Below the pieces are notes generated by a model. The model had not been told where the DNA came from, did no database searches, and saw only the letters and a program-made list of their open reading frames with translations. The position numbers were made by a program, and so were the translations under genes. Below are positions 63,121 to 64,000 of a DNA stretch of 64,000 nt, in pieces. Position 1 is the stretch's first letter, and every line of letters begins with the position of its first letter. The stretch lies in contig OZ024742.1 of NCBI GenBank assembly GCA_964016885.1, forward strand, positions 107,322,001 to 107,386,000. Reading direction: 5' to 3'. Source of the stretch: Eledone cirrhosa. Taxonomy: Eukaryota.

Positions 63121-64000
63121 GTAAGAATTTGTCTGCTTCCTGCCATGATCCTTTTGTATGTTTAAAAAAAATTGTTCTTCCTATTTTTTTGCCTTGCATA
63201 CTCTGACATTCTCAATCTGAAATGCCTTCGGCTGTGTTTGTTTTTCCTGCCTAACTTTAATACCTATTTGAGAGAATTTAGTTCAGGATAGCTAAATTTT
63301 ACATTTTTGATGCTTCTGTCTATATTATTTACTGTATTGTGTCTGGAGAAAAAAAGTTGCTAATAGACTATGCTGGATTAGAACTGTCAATTCATGTAAA
63401 ATTGGTGCAGTCAGTATGAATCTTGAAGAGTTAACATTTAGGATGTTGTGGGGTCAGATGAGGAAGTGTTGGTGCCATGATAAAAAGCACACAGTTCACC
63501 CTATAATGGTTATGCCAGAGTCGCAGTAAAATGCCAAAAACGGAGTATACGAGCAAGATGTAGTCACCTCACCTGTCTAACCTCAGTATGTGACTTCCCA
63601 TCTAATTCATGCAAATATGAAAAATAAACGTTAAATGGTGATGATGATATCAATAGAATACATACTCCAAGATGGAATTTTGATTAATAGACAGTATATT
63701 TCCCTTTTTCCTGTTAAAGAAACTATACTTTCTAAACAGTTGTTCAGCCAATTTTGGCAAAAGGATTTCCAAAGGTACATGAAAATAGATGTTTGGCTGA
63801 GTAACAACACTTAAATATCTTCAAAACATTTGTTGTAAATACTTATATATTTAATTAATAAGCAGTTATAAGAAATAGAGATAATGACATAACTAGCTTA
63901 TAAATATCAACTAATTAGAATAAATCTAAGTGATCATTTAATTAAAATCTGAAACATCATATAGTACTTAGAGTTTACTGCTATTAATAGCATCAATTGT

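Overview
Eukaryotic, AT-rich, intron-rich animal genomic DNA. The repeat content (tRNA/CORE-type SINEs, RTE LINEs with (ATC)n tails) suggests a mollusc, probably an octopus; this is an inference. Three spliced protein-coding genes can be reconstructed by hand. (1) LRSAM1 (+): 18 coding exons at 10432-39309, with the 5' exons upstream of the window. (2) POLE3/CHRAC17 (-): 5 coding exons at 40312-48898, converging tail-to-tail with LRSAM1. (3) CSNK2B (+): 3 coding exons at 54963-63120, continuing off-window and head-to-head with POLE3 across a compact motif-rich promoter at about 52.7-53.3 kb. The first 10 kb is an intronic 28-bp satellite interrupted by a young, near full-length RTE LINE (endonuclease, RT and an embedded PHD-type finger). 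A near-identical inverted copy of that LINE lies in a later LRSAM1 intron. The window also holds an internally deleted piggyBac element with its MITEs, other MITEs, CR1 and Tc1 relics and minisatellites. The most notable observations are a strongly divergent third coding exon in the otherwise invariant CK2beta (candidate mutually exclusive exon), the inverted LINE pair bracketing a frame-closed 1185-nt exon block (dsRNA/circRNA candidate), and an amber codon shared by both LINE copies ahead of a still-conserved C-terminus.
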